From positions 53,303-73,302 of the IMG/VR virus record IMGVR_UViG_2706794523_000001: 20,000 bases of DNA; one strand, written 5' to 3'. This stretch comes from an uncultured virus (IMG/VR IMGVR_UViG_2706794523_000001) (lineage: Duplodnaviria; Heunggongvirae; Uroviricota; Caudoviricetes; Schitoviridae). Within the stretch, counting starts at the first letter, position 1, and each line of letters starts with the position of its first letter. The notes beneath the pieces were generated by a model that had not been told where the DNA came from, searched no databases, and saw only the letters and a list, made by a program, of their open reading frames with translations. Positions 7,440 through 15,122 of this stretch are shown here, one piece after another. A program made the position numbers and the translations under genes.

Positions 7440-7953
7440 GCAACCAGTAACCCAACCCGTGGGTTGAACAGCATCTAAGCACCTGATCAATGCCGCGATG
7501 AACGAGATGCGATGCTCATTTAACTGCTCGCACAGGAGTCGTCGGGGTACGATCAGCTGCCAACGCAGGAGACTGCAACCATGGACGATTAGATCAGCCT
7601 GCCCGGAGCCATAGGCTCTTGGCAGGTAGGCTACCCAGCTTTTCATGCCCCAATGTGGGTATTCATAGCGCCCTCATATCGACCGCTCATTCGGGCACAT
7701 CTGGCGCACCGATTATCAACTAAATCATCTGATTGGCGTTCCAATCGACCGCGGCGACAATATCGATTCAGTTCGATCGCACCGCGCTAGAGCGTGTCTG
7801 CCATAATACCTCTCGCTGAATGCGGGTCCTGCCCATTGGACCTTAACTATGGCAGCCCCAGAGGCTCTAACCGTGCGAGTAAGCTGCAGCGTGAGTGCAG
7901 CACCTTGAGGAGGCGTTCCCGTGTGAAAGGGGGCGTCTCCTCCTTTTATTTTC
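7440..7953 (+). ncRNA. Candidate large structured ncRNA (~510 nt)
   Basis: No credible plus-strand ORF; more than 10 stem-loops including GNRA tetraloops; ends in an intrinsic terminator. Confidence 0.5.
7907..7953 (+). terminator. Rho-independent terminator
   Basis: GAGGAGGCGTTCCC-GTGTGAAA-GGGGGCGTCTCCTC followed by CTTTTATTTTC. Confidence 0.8.
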
Positions 7954-8105
7954 AAAAGGGATAGACAGGCATTATCTTTAAAAATAATGAGGAATATGCC
8001 TGTGGATAAGTCGGAGAATTTCGACTCGATTCCTACTTCCTGATTAACTTACTAAATGCTAATCCGACTTTTCTCCAAAAATCGGCGATAAGGAGCCTAA
8101 AATCC

Positions 8106-8399
8106 ATGGGTGCGAATTTCAAAACTCAATCCTTCGACGGCAAGCTGTCCAAGAAGGAACTCGAAACGGCCTTTGAGCGTGTCCAGGACCAGGATCGCTA
8201 CGAGAATGGGCACAGCTATTCCGGCGGCTTCGGCATGGCCCGTGGTCTGCAGATCGCGGACAAAACCTTCCGCGACAGGGAGATCGCTGAAGAGTACCTC
8301 GATAGCAATTGCGAGAAGTGGGAAGAGGCGATCGCCGTCGTCTACACCGACAAGGATGGAGCCAAGAAGTGGCTCATCGGCGCAGTGTGCGCGAGCTGA
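8106..8399 (+). CDS. Hypothetical phage protein, 97 aa
   Basis: AAGGAG RBS; YENGHSYSGGFG...CEKWEEAIAV...WLIGAVCAS. Confidence 0.8.
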   Translation: MGANFKTQSFDGKLSKKELETAFERVQDQDRYENGHSYSGGFGMARGLQIADKTFRDREIAEEYLDSNCEKWEEAIAVVYTDKDGAKKWLIGAVCAS

Positions 8400-8401
8400 T
8401 C

Positions 8402-8605
8402 ATGGACACCTATTACGGCGTCTATCGCGTGCTGAAAAATGGCGAGCATCGCTACGTCAGTCGCACCTGCACGAGCAGCAAGAAGCTTGCTGAAGAGATC
8501 GCCAGGGATTTCACCAATGGTGGGATCACCATGCCCGACGGCAGCACCAAGCGCATCGAGCCGCATCTCCACATCGCCAAGCCACTCCCGAAGGAGTTCC
8601 AATGA
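8402..8605 (+). CDS. Hypothetical protein, 67 aa
   Basis: MDTYYGVYRVLKNGEHRYVSRTC...; ATGA overlap with the next gene. Confidence 0.65.
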   Translation: MDTYYGVYRVLKNGEHRYVSRTCTSSKKLAEEIARDFTNGGITMPDGSTKRIEPHLHIAKPLPKEFQ

Positions 8606-8775
8606 ACAAGCGCGAGATCAAGAGGCGCATCGCGCTCATCGGCATGAAGCCCAACTACCGGGTCATCAACAACATGCCTGGTGGAGCGATCATCTGCTAC
8701 GTCGCCACCGCCAAGATTGGCCATGCCATCGTCCGTGCCCTGCGCGAGCTGGCCTACCAGGAGAACGCCAAATGA
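8602..8775 (+). CDS. Hypothetical protein, 57 aa
   Basis: MNKREIKRRIALIGMKPNYRVINNMPGGAIICYVATAKIGHAIVRALRELAYQENAK*; AAGGAG RBS; ATGA overlaps on both sides. Confidence 0.7.
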   Translation: MNKREIKRRIALIGMKPNYRVINNMPGGAIICYVATAKIGHAIVRALRELAYQENAK

Positions 8776-9233
8776 ACAAGAGAGTCGGCTTTTTTGGGCA
8801 GCCAACCAGGGCATCCGCAATGCAAGGGATTGCAAACTGGGATCGCCGAGCAGGCAGTTTGCCACTGCTCTCCTCGTGTCTTTTGGGGATGAAAGATGGT
8901 CCTCAAACGTGGTCATCTACGCATTCTTGGCCCTCGGTCAGACACGCGATGATAACCCTCGGATTGGCGCGCGAGTTGGAGCCGCTCCGAGAAGGCGGTC
9001 ATATCACCACTAGGACCCAAATTACGGACCTTGGTATTGAGGTTCGTGCTGCACTCGCCGCGCTCGGCAATGCTTACACGCCCGGCTCCGGCTCCGAAGT
9101 CCACCTCGTTCTCGGGGCGTCGGCACAGACCTTCAAGCCCTGCGAGAATCACCCTGAACGCTATTGCAACTGTGAGGGCTATTATCCGGCATGCCGTGAA
9201 GCCGCCCTCTCGACCACAGGAGAGAAATCATGA
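8772..9233 (+). CDS. Hypothetical protein, 153 aa (possible winged-helix region, Cys-rich C-terminus)
   Basis: AGGAG RBS, start MNKRVGFFGQ; LGLARE...TQITDLGIEV pattern. Confidence 0.65.
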   Translation: MNKRVGFFGQPTRASAMQGIANWDRRAGSLPLLSSCLLGMKDGPQTWSSTHSWPSVRHAMITLGLARELEPLREGGHITTRTQITDLGIEVRAALAALGNAYTPGSGSEVHLVLGASAQTFKPCENHPERYCNCEGYYPACREAALSTTGEKS

Positions 9234-9919
9234 GCGACACACTGGAAGCGGCGGCGAAAAGACTGGTCATCCAAGCGATGCAGTTGAAAGACTTTGGTCA
9301 TGAAGGGACCGGCGGTGAGTTCTGGACGAATGCCAGTAAGACCGCACTTCTCGAAGAGTGCGCCGAAAACGCCGCCCGTGCTGTTCTCGACCTCGTCACT
9401 CCCGGCAAGGCGCCGGCTGCGGCGGGGCCTTACGCGCACGAGTATGGCAAGACAAATGGCGACGGGACATTCAGTGTTGTCATCGAACGAGGCGAGCCCA
9501 AAAACCCTGTCCCTGACTGGCCGGTTAAGGCCCTCTATGCCTCTCCAGTCGATCACCCTGAAGTGGACGCGCCGGTCGCGTGGCAGAATATCGCTGCGCC
9601 ATACAGTATTCTGACGCCCGAGCAATACGGCATGCGCCTGCCCTTGATGCAGGGTAAGTTTCGCCCGCTCTATGCCTCTCCCGCTCCTGTCACCGCGGTA
9701 GCGCCCCACTCAGATGACGCTGCTGTGGATCGGTTCGCTGCCGCCATGAAGGCCAAACTTTCCAAGAAACGGGCAGAGGGTCGCGGCGGATGGGATGGGC
9801 CTGATTGCAGCGCCCAAATCCTGTCTGACCTTATGCGCACGCACGTCGATAAGGGCGATCCCGTCGATGTCGGCAATCTCGCGATGATGCTTCAACAGCG
9901 CGGCGAAAGGATAATCTGA
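9230..9919 (+). CDS. Mosaic temperate-phage protein (Ead/Ea22-like), 229 aa
   Basis: Repeated LYASP modules. The C-terminal HSDDAAVDRFAAAMKAKL..KR..GRGGW...HVDKGDPVDVGNLAMML domain is recalled from lambdoid/prophage accessory proteins. Confidence 0.7.
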   Translation: MSDTLEAAAKRLVIQAMQLKDFGHEGTGGEFWTNASKTALLEECAENAARAVLDLVTPGKAPAAAGPYAHEYGKTNGDGTFSVVIERGEPKNPVPDWPVKALYASPVDHPEVDAPVAWQNIAAPYSILTPEQYGMRLPLMQGKFRPLYASPAPVTAVAPHSDDAAVDRFAAAMKAKLSKKRAEGRGGWDGPDCSAQILSDLMRTHVDKGDPVDVGNLAMMLQQRGERII

Positions 9920-10245
9920 TGGGCAGTTCGTTCACTTGCAAGCTCAATCCATGCTGTGGCGACCGGCGCAACTGCGAACCGCCACCACAATACAGCGATC
10001 GCTACCGTGACGAACCTGTCGCTCTCTCGAAAGACACGTCACGTTTCAAGGCGCTTTCGTCGGTCGATGACGAGACCACTCCCGGAACACGTCGGGGCGG
10101 AGCGGGAGCGTCATCCGAAACGGCCCGGCTGGTTAGGGCCTCGCAATGGCTTCAAGACCGATGGGGCCAAAAGCACCCGAACACAGCGCATATCAGGCAG
10201 CTTGCCGAGTATGAGGCGTTCCTTTCCGCGATTCCCGCCCCGTGA
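9919..10245 (+). CDS. Hypothetical protein, 108 aa
   Basis: TGATG coupling to the upstream gene. Confidence 0.55.
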   Translation: MGSSFTCKLNPCCGDRRNCEPPPQYSDRYRDEPVALSKDTSRFKALSSVDDETTPGTRRGGAGASSETARLVRASQWLQDRWGQKHPNTAHIRQLAEYEAFLSAIPAP

Positions 10246-10263
10246 AGCCAAGGAACCATCAAA

Positions 10264-10521
10264 ATGAGTGAACCGATCACCATCGGTATCAAGACCATGC
10301 AGATGAGCGACAACCGTGAGGAATACTTCGTCTTCGTCAATCGCGGCGGCCGCGAGATCACACCGCACAGTTATCGCAGCCCGTATCGCAACCGGGCCGA
10401 ATACGAGGTGGCCTACTTTAAGCATGTGCTGCTCGGCCATCCCAAACCCGACCTCATGGATCCGAAATATGCTGATCCGGAGGACGAAGGCATCCCAGCC
10501 ATCACAGGAGATTTCAAATGA
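10264..10521 (+). CDS. Hypothetical protein, 85 aa
   Basis: AAGGA RBS; ATGA overlap downstream. Confidence 0.7.
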   Translation: MSEPITIGIKTMQMSDNREEYFVFVNRGGREITPHSYRSPYRNRAEYEVAYFKHVLLGHPKPDLMDPKYADPEDEGIPAITGDFK

Positions 10522-11117
10522 GCTACCTCGCATATGCCGGCATCGGCTCTCGTGAAACGCCGGCTGTGACCCTGGAGGTCATGCACCACATCGGCGCGTA
10601 TCTCTGCTCGCAGGGATGGACACTGCGCAGCGGTGCGGCTCCTGGCGCCGACACGGCCTTCGAGAAGGGCGTTGACGATCACATGGCCAACACCATGACC
10701 AATGGCACAGGTCAGTTCATCCGGCGCAAGGAGATCTATCTACCCTGGAAGGGCTTTAACGGCTCGACCTCGGATCTCCATCCCGCCAATGTGCCTTTCA
10801 CTGACGAGCAGATCTACGTGGCCCGGACCACACATCCGGCCTGGCATCGTTGCTCGCCATCAGCCCAGCGCATGCACACGCGCAACGTGAGCCAGATCCT
10901 TGGATCTGAATTCGTCAACGGCCCGAAAGTCGTGCCCGTCAAGTTCGTCGTCTGCTGGACTGAAGGCGGCAAGCTCAAGGGTGGCACGGCAATGGCCATC
11001 CGCATTGCCCAGGCATGCCAGATCGCAGTGATCAACCTTGGCGAAGCCAAGACCGCCAAGGAGCTCGAAGCACTCGTGCTCCAGGTCGACAGCCTGCAGG
11101 CTACGTTCAAGGGCTGA
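10518..11117 (+). CDS. SLOG/DprA-like Rossmann-fold nucleotide-binding protein, 199 aa
   Basis: YAGIGSRETP...LRSGAAPGADTAFE...IYLPWKGFN...HTRNVSQILG...GGTAMAIRIA. Confidence 0.82.
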   Translation: MSYLAYAGIGSRETPAVTLEVMHHIGAYLCSQGWTLRSGAAPGADTAFEKGVDDHMANTMTNGTGQFIRRKEIYLPWKGFNGSTSDLHPANVPFTDEQIYVARTTHPAWHRCSPSAQRMHTRNVSQILGSEFVNGPKVVPVKFVVCWTEGGKLKGGTAMAIRIAQACQIAVINLGEAKTAKELEALVLQVDSLQATFKG

Positions 11118-11177
11118 GCCATGTGCAACATGCGCCTTTACTGGATCATCCGAACAGCAAAACGAAGGAAGAACCAA

Positions 11178-11562
11178 ATGGCCAAAGAACAGGCCGATCT
11201 GAAGACCTGGCGTGTCACCGACACGCTGGGGAATGTCGAGATGATCAAGGCCCACTTTCTCTTCCGTGAGGAGAATGGTGGGATCACCTTCCGTTTCAAG
11301 ACAGACACTCAATCCTATGTGCCAGCCTGCTATGGCGCCGGCCAGTTCGTATCGTGCATCNACCTTCCGTTTCAAGACAGACACTCAATCCTATGTGCCA
11401 GCCTGCTATGGCGCCGGCCAGTTCGTATCGTGCATCCTGCTCGATCCGCCTGCCGAGCCTGCCGCTGCACCGACGGGCACCTTACCTCCCAAGCAGGCGC
11501 CCGTCATCCCATTCCACAAGCGAGGGCGCTACGCCCAGCTCGACGACGAGATCCCCTTCTAG
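11178..11562 (+). CDS. Hypothetical protein (~102 aa after removing artefact) ending in SSB-like DDEIPF tail
   Basis: MAKEQADLKTWRVTDTLGNVE...FVSCI|LLDPPAEPAAAP...YAQLDDEIPF joins in frame after removing the 76-nt artefact (75-nt copy plus N). Confidence 0.7.
11286..11436. repeat. Exact 75-nt tandem duplication separated by N (assembly artefact)
   Basis: 11286-11360 = 11362-11436, N at 11361. Confidence 0.9.
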
Positions 11563-11572
11563 GAGCAATCCC

Positions 11573-12022
11573 ATGCCCAAATACACCTTCGTCGCCGATG
11601 GCGAGCCCAGCTTCTACGGCGTCTACAAAGACGGGAACTGGTTCGCCAAGATCCAGTTCAATGGCGAGATCACCGTCGCTCACGAGGAGGTATTCCTCGC
11701 GATGATGGCGAACACGGCCGCCACGCTCGACGCCATGAAAAGCCTGATTGGAGACATCGATAGCATGCAGTCCGAAACCCAGCCGAACTGGTTCGGGCCT
11801 TTCGGGGTGTATGAGGACGCCGGCAGCTTCGGTGAGGATCAGGTCGAGATCGAGTGGCCCAACCTGGCCATCTCGGTCGAGAACCTGCAGAAGGCCATCT
11901 TCAACCTCAACACCGATCGTCAGATCGAGGGCGAGCTCACCAAGCAGGTCCTCATCTCCGGCAAGAAGGCCCAGGTCATCCTCACCGATGATCTGGATGC
12001 TGTGCTCAAGGACAGCAAATGA
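11573..12022 (+). CDS. Hypothetical protein, 149 aa
   Basis: AGGAG RBS, start MPKYTFVADGEPSFY. Confidence 0.75.
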   Translation: MPKYTFVADGEPSFYGVYKDGNWFAKIQFNGEITVAHEEVFLAMMANTAATLDAMKSLIGDIDSMQSETQPNWFGPFGVYEDAGSFGEDQVEIEWPNLAISVENLQKAIFNLNTDRQIEGELTKQVLISGKKAQVILTDDLDAVLKDSK

Positions 12023-12170
12023 GCGGGCGCTCCAACGAGAACCGCTACCGGCGCGACCGGTGATCGCCTCGCCATGGCCGAAATTGAAGGCCGACGCCGG
12101 CCCGAATACTCCCACGATTATATTCCCGATCTCTGGGATCCGGAACCATGGTCCGACAAGGAACAAAACG

Positions 12171-12656
12171 ATGAACCAGAAAGTGAAGACCACGTATCAT
12201 CGCCTGCTCGCCGAGCACGGCTTCATCATCAACGGTGAGGCAGCTGTTCCGCCGGCAGGAATGGGCGAGTTCACCGCAGCTGATATCATCCAGCGCTGCT
12301 GGCTCGACGCTCAGATCGAGGCCAACCGGGTCTTGCCCCACTGGCACGACCAGAACCCCTGGAACGACCGGCTCATGTATGTACCGATCGAGGAGCTGGC
12401 CGAATGCTTCATGGGCATCGGCCGGCTCGTCCATCTGAACGACAACGAGGTCACCATGTGTGACGTCGCCTTCGTCCTGCAGAACTGGGCGCAATATGGC
12501 GACAAGCTCGACGCCTACATCCTCACCGGCCCGCTGACCACGGCCAGCATCAGGTTCGGACCCGAAGGCCCGGACTATCTCTCACCAGGCTTCAGCCTGC
12601 CCAAGCTCAGAGCTCTCATGCTCAAGTACGGGAGCCAGAAAAGGAAATCCGCATGA
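12171..12656 (+). CDS. Hypothetical protein, 161 aa
   Basis: AAGGA RBS, start MNQKVKTTYH; strong GC3 bias. Confidence 0.75.
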   Translation: MNQKVKTTYHRLLAEHGFIINGEAAVPPAGMGEFTAADIIQRCWLDAQIEANRVLPHWHDQNPWNDRLMYVPIEELAECFMGIGRLVHLNDNEVTMCDVAFVLQNWAQYGDKLDAYILTGPLTTASIRFGPEGPDYLSPGFSLPKLRALMLKYGSQKRKSA

Positions 12657-12895
12657 GACCGACTGGGTCACGTTTCTGCAATGAGCCCGGGTGCAACCAG
12701 CGAGCTACCCATGGCTTCTCGAAATGCGAACCTCACGGCCTGGCCGCTCAACAGCGAAACCTGGCCGACAAGGAACGCTGGGCTCAAGAGGACCGACAGA
12801 GAGCCGAAAGCGAGCTGGAGACGTTGGCCAAGCTGTTCAATGTCGACACTTCCGCAATCGAGGCACTGGTCGAATACGTGAAGGAAAAAACATGA
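12653..12895 (+). CDS. Hypothetical Zn-finger-like protein, 80 aa
   Basis: C-x4-C-x10-C-x2-H; ATGA overlaps. Confidence 0.65.
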   Translation: MRPTGSRFCNEPGCNQRATHGFSKCEPHGLAAQQRNLADKERWAQEDRQRAESELETLAKLFNVDTSAIEALVEYVKEKT

Positions 12896-13155
12896 GCACC
12901 AAGCTTTATCTGGTCGAATCGACCGACAAGGAAGGCGAGAACGTCTCCGCTATCGTCGAGGCCACCGACGCCAACGATGCCGTCAATCAATGGCACGCCT
13001 GGCTGGCCAACTACCGCAAGAACGGTCTCGATCAAGTCGGGGCCGATGACGAAGAGACCCCTCCTCGCCAGGTATTCGAGCTGCCTGAGAAAACAGGATC
13101 TTCCTGTTTCTTTCGTTGGCATGCCGACGACGGCGTCATCGAGCACGAGATCTAG
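12892..13155 (+). CDS. Hypothetical protein, 87 aa
   Basis: AAGGA RBS, start MSTKLYLVEST. Confidence 0.7.
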   Translation: MSTKLYLVESTDKEGENVSAIVEATDANDAVNQWHAWLANYRKNGLDQVGADDEETPPRQVFELPEKTGSSCFFRWHADDGVIEHEI

Positions 13156-13165
13156 GAGCACCAGC

Positions 13166-13378
13166 ATGAAAATCAGCCAGGTCATCGAGACCCTCAAGCA
13201 GATCCAGGTCGAGTTCGGCGACATCGCTGTCACCGGCGGCACCATGATGGACGACTATCCCTTGTCGTCGATCTCGGTCACCGAGAAAGGCGGCATGGAG
13301 ATCTGGCCTCACGATCCCAACGGCATCACTAAGGATCCGAAATACAAGATCGAGATCGATGGGGTGTTCTTCCAATGA
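13166..13378 (+). CDS. Hypothetical protein, 70 aa
   Basis: AGGAG RBS, start MKISQVIETLKQIQVEFGDIAV. Confidence 0.7.
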   Translation: MKISQVIETLKQIQVEFGDIAVTGGTMMDDYPLSSISVTEKGGMEIWPHDPNGITKDPKYKIEIDGVFFQ

Positions 13379-13758
13379 GCCTCATCTTCGTCTTCGGCTC
13401 CAACACAGCCGGCCGGCACGGCAAGGGGGCAGCTCTCACTGCCCTGCGCCACCACGGCGCCATCTACGGCCAGAGCACCGGCCTCATGGGAAACGCCTAC
13501 GCACTGCCCACTTGTGACGCCGGCTTCAGATCGCTGCCGCTGCAGATAATCAGGCACGAAGTCCAGCATTTCATCGCGTTTGCTCGCTCTCGCAAGGACC
13601 TGGGCTTCCAGGTAACCCGAGTCGGCTGCGGCCTCGCCTACAACACGGACGATCAGATCGCCCCGATGTTCAAGGAAGCGCCTGCTTTGAACGTGTTCTT
13701 TGACGAAAAATGGAGGCCGTTCCTCGGGAACGGATATGACTATTGGGGAACGTTCTAA
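13375..13758 (+). CDS. N4 gp14-like protein (macrodomain-like fold)
   Basis: IFVFGSNTAGRHGKGAA...GAIYGQSTGLMGNAYALPT...FQVTRVGCGLA...IAPMF; syntenic just before RNAP1 as in N4. Confidence 0.85.
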   Translation: MSLIFVFGSNTAGRHGKGAALTALRHHGAIYGQSTGLMGNAYALPTCDAGFRSLPLQIIRHEVQHFIAFARSRKDLGFQVTRVGCGLAYNTDDQIAPMFKEAPALNVFFDEKWRPFLGNGYDYWGTF

Positions 13759-13818
13759 GACTGCTCATCCAGATCATCGGGATCTCGATCACCCTGGTTC
13801 GCCAGGCCCAACAACACC

Positions 13819-13849
13819 AAAGGTCGCTCAGCAATGAGCGGCCTTTTTT
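13819..13849 (+). terminator. Rho-independent terminator
   Basis: AAAGGTCGCTCA-GCAA-TGAGCGGCCTTT-TTT. Confidence 0.8.
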
Positions 13850-13931
13850 GCATCTATCACCGGCTACCGCACCGCTAGGCTTTCGCATCGAGCCGGCGCC
13901 AATCCCTGTTCCAACAATCGAGGAGAAAAAC

Positions 13932-14741
13932 ATGCTCGAATTCCAGATTGAGATCGAGAAGCTCTTCCACAAGAACCAGCTCTTCCCCAGGATCAAGGGC
14001 GAGTTCACCGGCTGCAAGGAGTTCGACTTCGCCAAGCATATGAAGGCGCACGGCATAGAGCCGGAGTTCGGCTACGATCTCCTGGTCCAGATGGTTCTCA
14101 ACAAGCGGGCGCCCCTGCAGACCCTGGTCGGCGTCCTACGCAAGCACTTCGGTGGCGACTGCCAGAAGACCGCTGACGCCCTCGTCAAGGCCTGTGAGGC
14201 CGATATGGTCGACTGGAACCCTGTCCAGCGCCAGTTCATCGTCCGCTTCGGCATCTCGCCGGACATCCAGGAGGATCTCGACCGCTACCAGTATCCCCTG
14301 CCGATGGTTGTCGAGCCAAAGGAGCTGACGGCCAACAACACCAGCGGCTACTATACCGGCAAGGACTCGGTCATCCTGCGCGACAACTACCACGACTACG
14401 ACGTGTGTCTCGACCACCTGAACGCGATCAACAAGACCAAGTTCAGGATCAACCAGCAGGTGGCGACCAAGGTCAAGAACAGCTGGCGCAACCTCGACAA
14501 GCCCAAGCCCGACGAAGACCGGGCCGAGTATGAAAAGCGGGTGCGTGCGTTCGAGAAATACGATCGCACCGCCCACGACGTCATGCATCACCTGGGTCTC
14601 GCCGGCGAAGGGGAGTTCTACCTCACCCACAAATACGATAAACGTGGCAGGACCTACTGCCAGGGCTATGTCGTCAACTACCAGGGCACGGCCTGGAACA
14701 AGGCAGTGATCGAGTTCGCCAACCAGGAGGTCATTGAATGA
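13932..14741 (+). CDS. N4-like RNA polymerase II subunit 1 (gp15), 269 aa
   Basis: GAGGAG RBS; YQYPLPMVVEP...SGYY...DVCLDHLN...FYLTHKYDKRGRTYCQGY (DxxGR motif). Confidence 0.95.
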   Translation: MLEFQIEIEKLFHKNQLFPRIKGEFTGCKEFDFAKHMKAHGIEPEFGYDLLVQMVLNKRAPLQTLVGVLRKHFGGDCQKTADALVKACEADMVDWNPVQRQFIVRFGISPDIQEDLDRYQYPLPMVVEPKELTANNTSGYYTGKDSVILRDNYHDYDVCLDHLNAINKTKFRINQQVATKVKNSWRNLDKPKPDEDRAEYEKRVRAFEKYDRTAHDVMHHLGLAGEGEFYLTHKYDKRGRTYCQGYVVNYQGTAWNKAVIEFANQEVIE

Positions 14742-14857
14742 AGTCACCAACCGGCCGGCTCCCAAGCGGGCCGAACATCCAGAACATCCTGATCCGGACA
14801 CCAGAGGTGAAGGCGATAAAAGACGCCCTCATCAAAAAGATCAAAAAACAGCGTTGA
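14738..14857 (+). CDS. 39-aa peptide resembling the DNA polymerase I TGRLSS..PNLQNIP motif
   Basis: MKSPTGRLPSGPNIQNILIRTPEVKAIKDALIKKIKKQR*; AGGAGG 7 nt upstream; ATGA overlap with the RNAP1 stop. Confidence 0.7.
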   Translation: MKSPTGRLPSGPNIQNILIRTPEVKAIKDALIKKIKKQR

Positions 14858-15078
14858 AACTGACAGATAATCGATTAGGATAATCAGGCCGAAATCGGAG
14901 AACGAAAATGTTCCGCTTTTTCTTCCTAATCTGGTTCTCCCACTCCCTTGAGAACCCACTGCGCGAAGCGGGAGCATCCTTCCCAGTGGTGATCCGGAGA
15001 AAGGAACGAACTAGACCCTGCCACAACGCCGGCTTCGTCTAGCGAGCGCCACCAGATGCTCCTTCCCACCTCAATACA

Positions 15079-15110
15079 GAGCAGCCCCATTCCGGGGCTG
15101 TTTCTATTTT
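15079..15110 (+). terminator. Rho-independent terminator
   Basis: GAGCAGCCCC-ATTCC-GGGGCTGTTT-CTATTTT. Confidence 0.7.
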
Positions 15111-15122
15111 GGAGATAATCCT

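Noticed and set aside
6969..7646. Minus-strand 225-aa ORF covering part of the candidate ncRNA
   Set aside because: Mostly antisense to the clearly real gp2 gene, with non-protein-like composition.
7440..7953. tRNA or known small self-cleaving ribozyme (hammerhead, twister, pistol)
   Set aside because: No cloverleaf with a T-loop and no complete catalytic core consensus found by eye.
11286..11436. Apparent pseudogene or frameshift
   Set aside because: Same N-joined duplication artefact; its removal restores the frame.
14962..14970. CGC-GAA-GCG as a reverse-oriented vRNAP promoter
   Set aside because: The stem is only 3 bp and no leftward gene follows.
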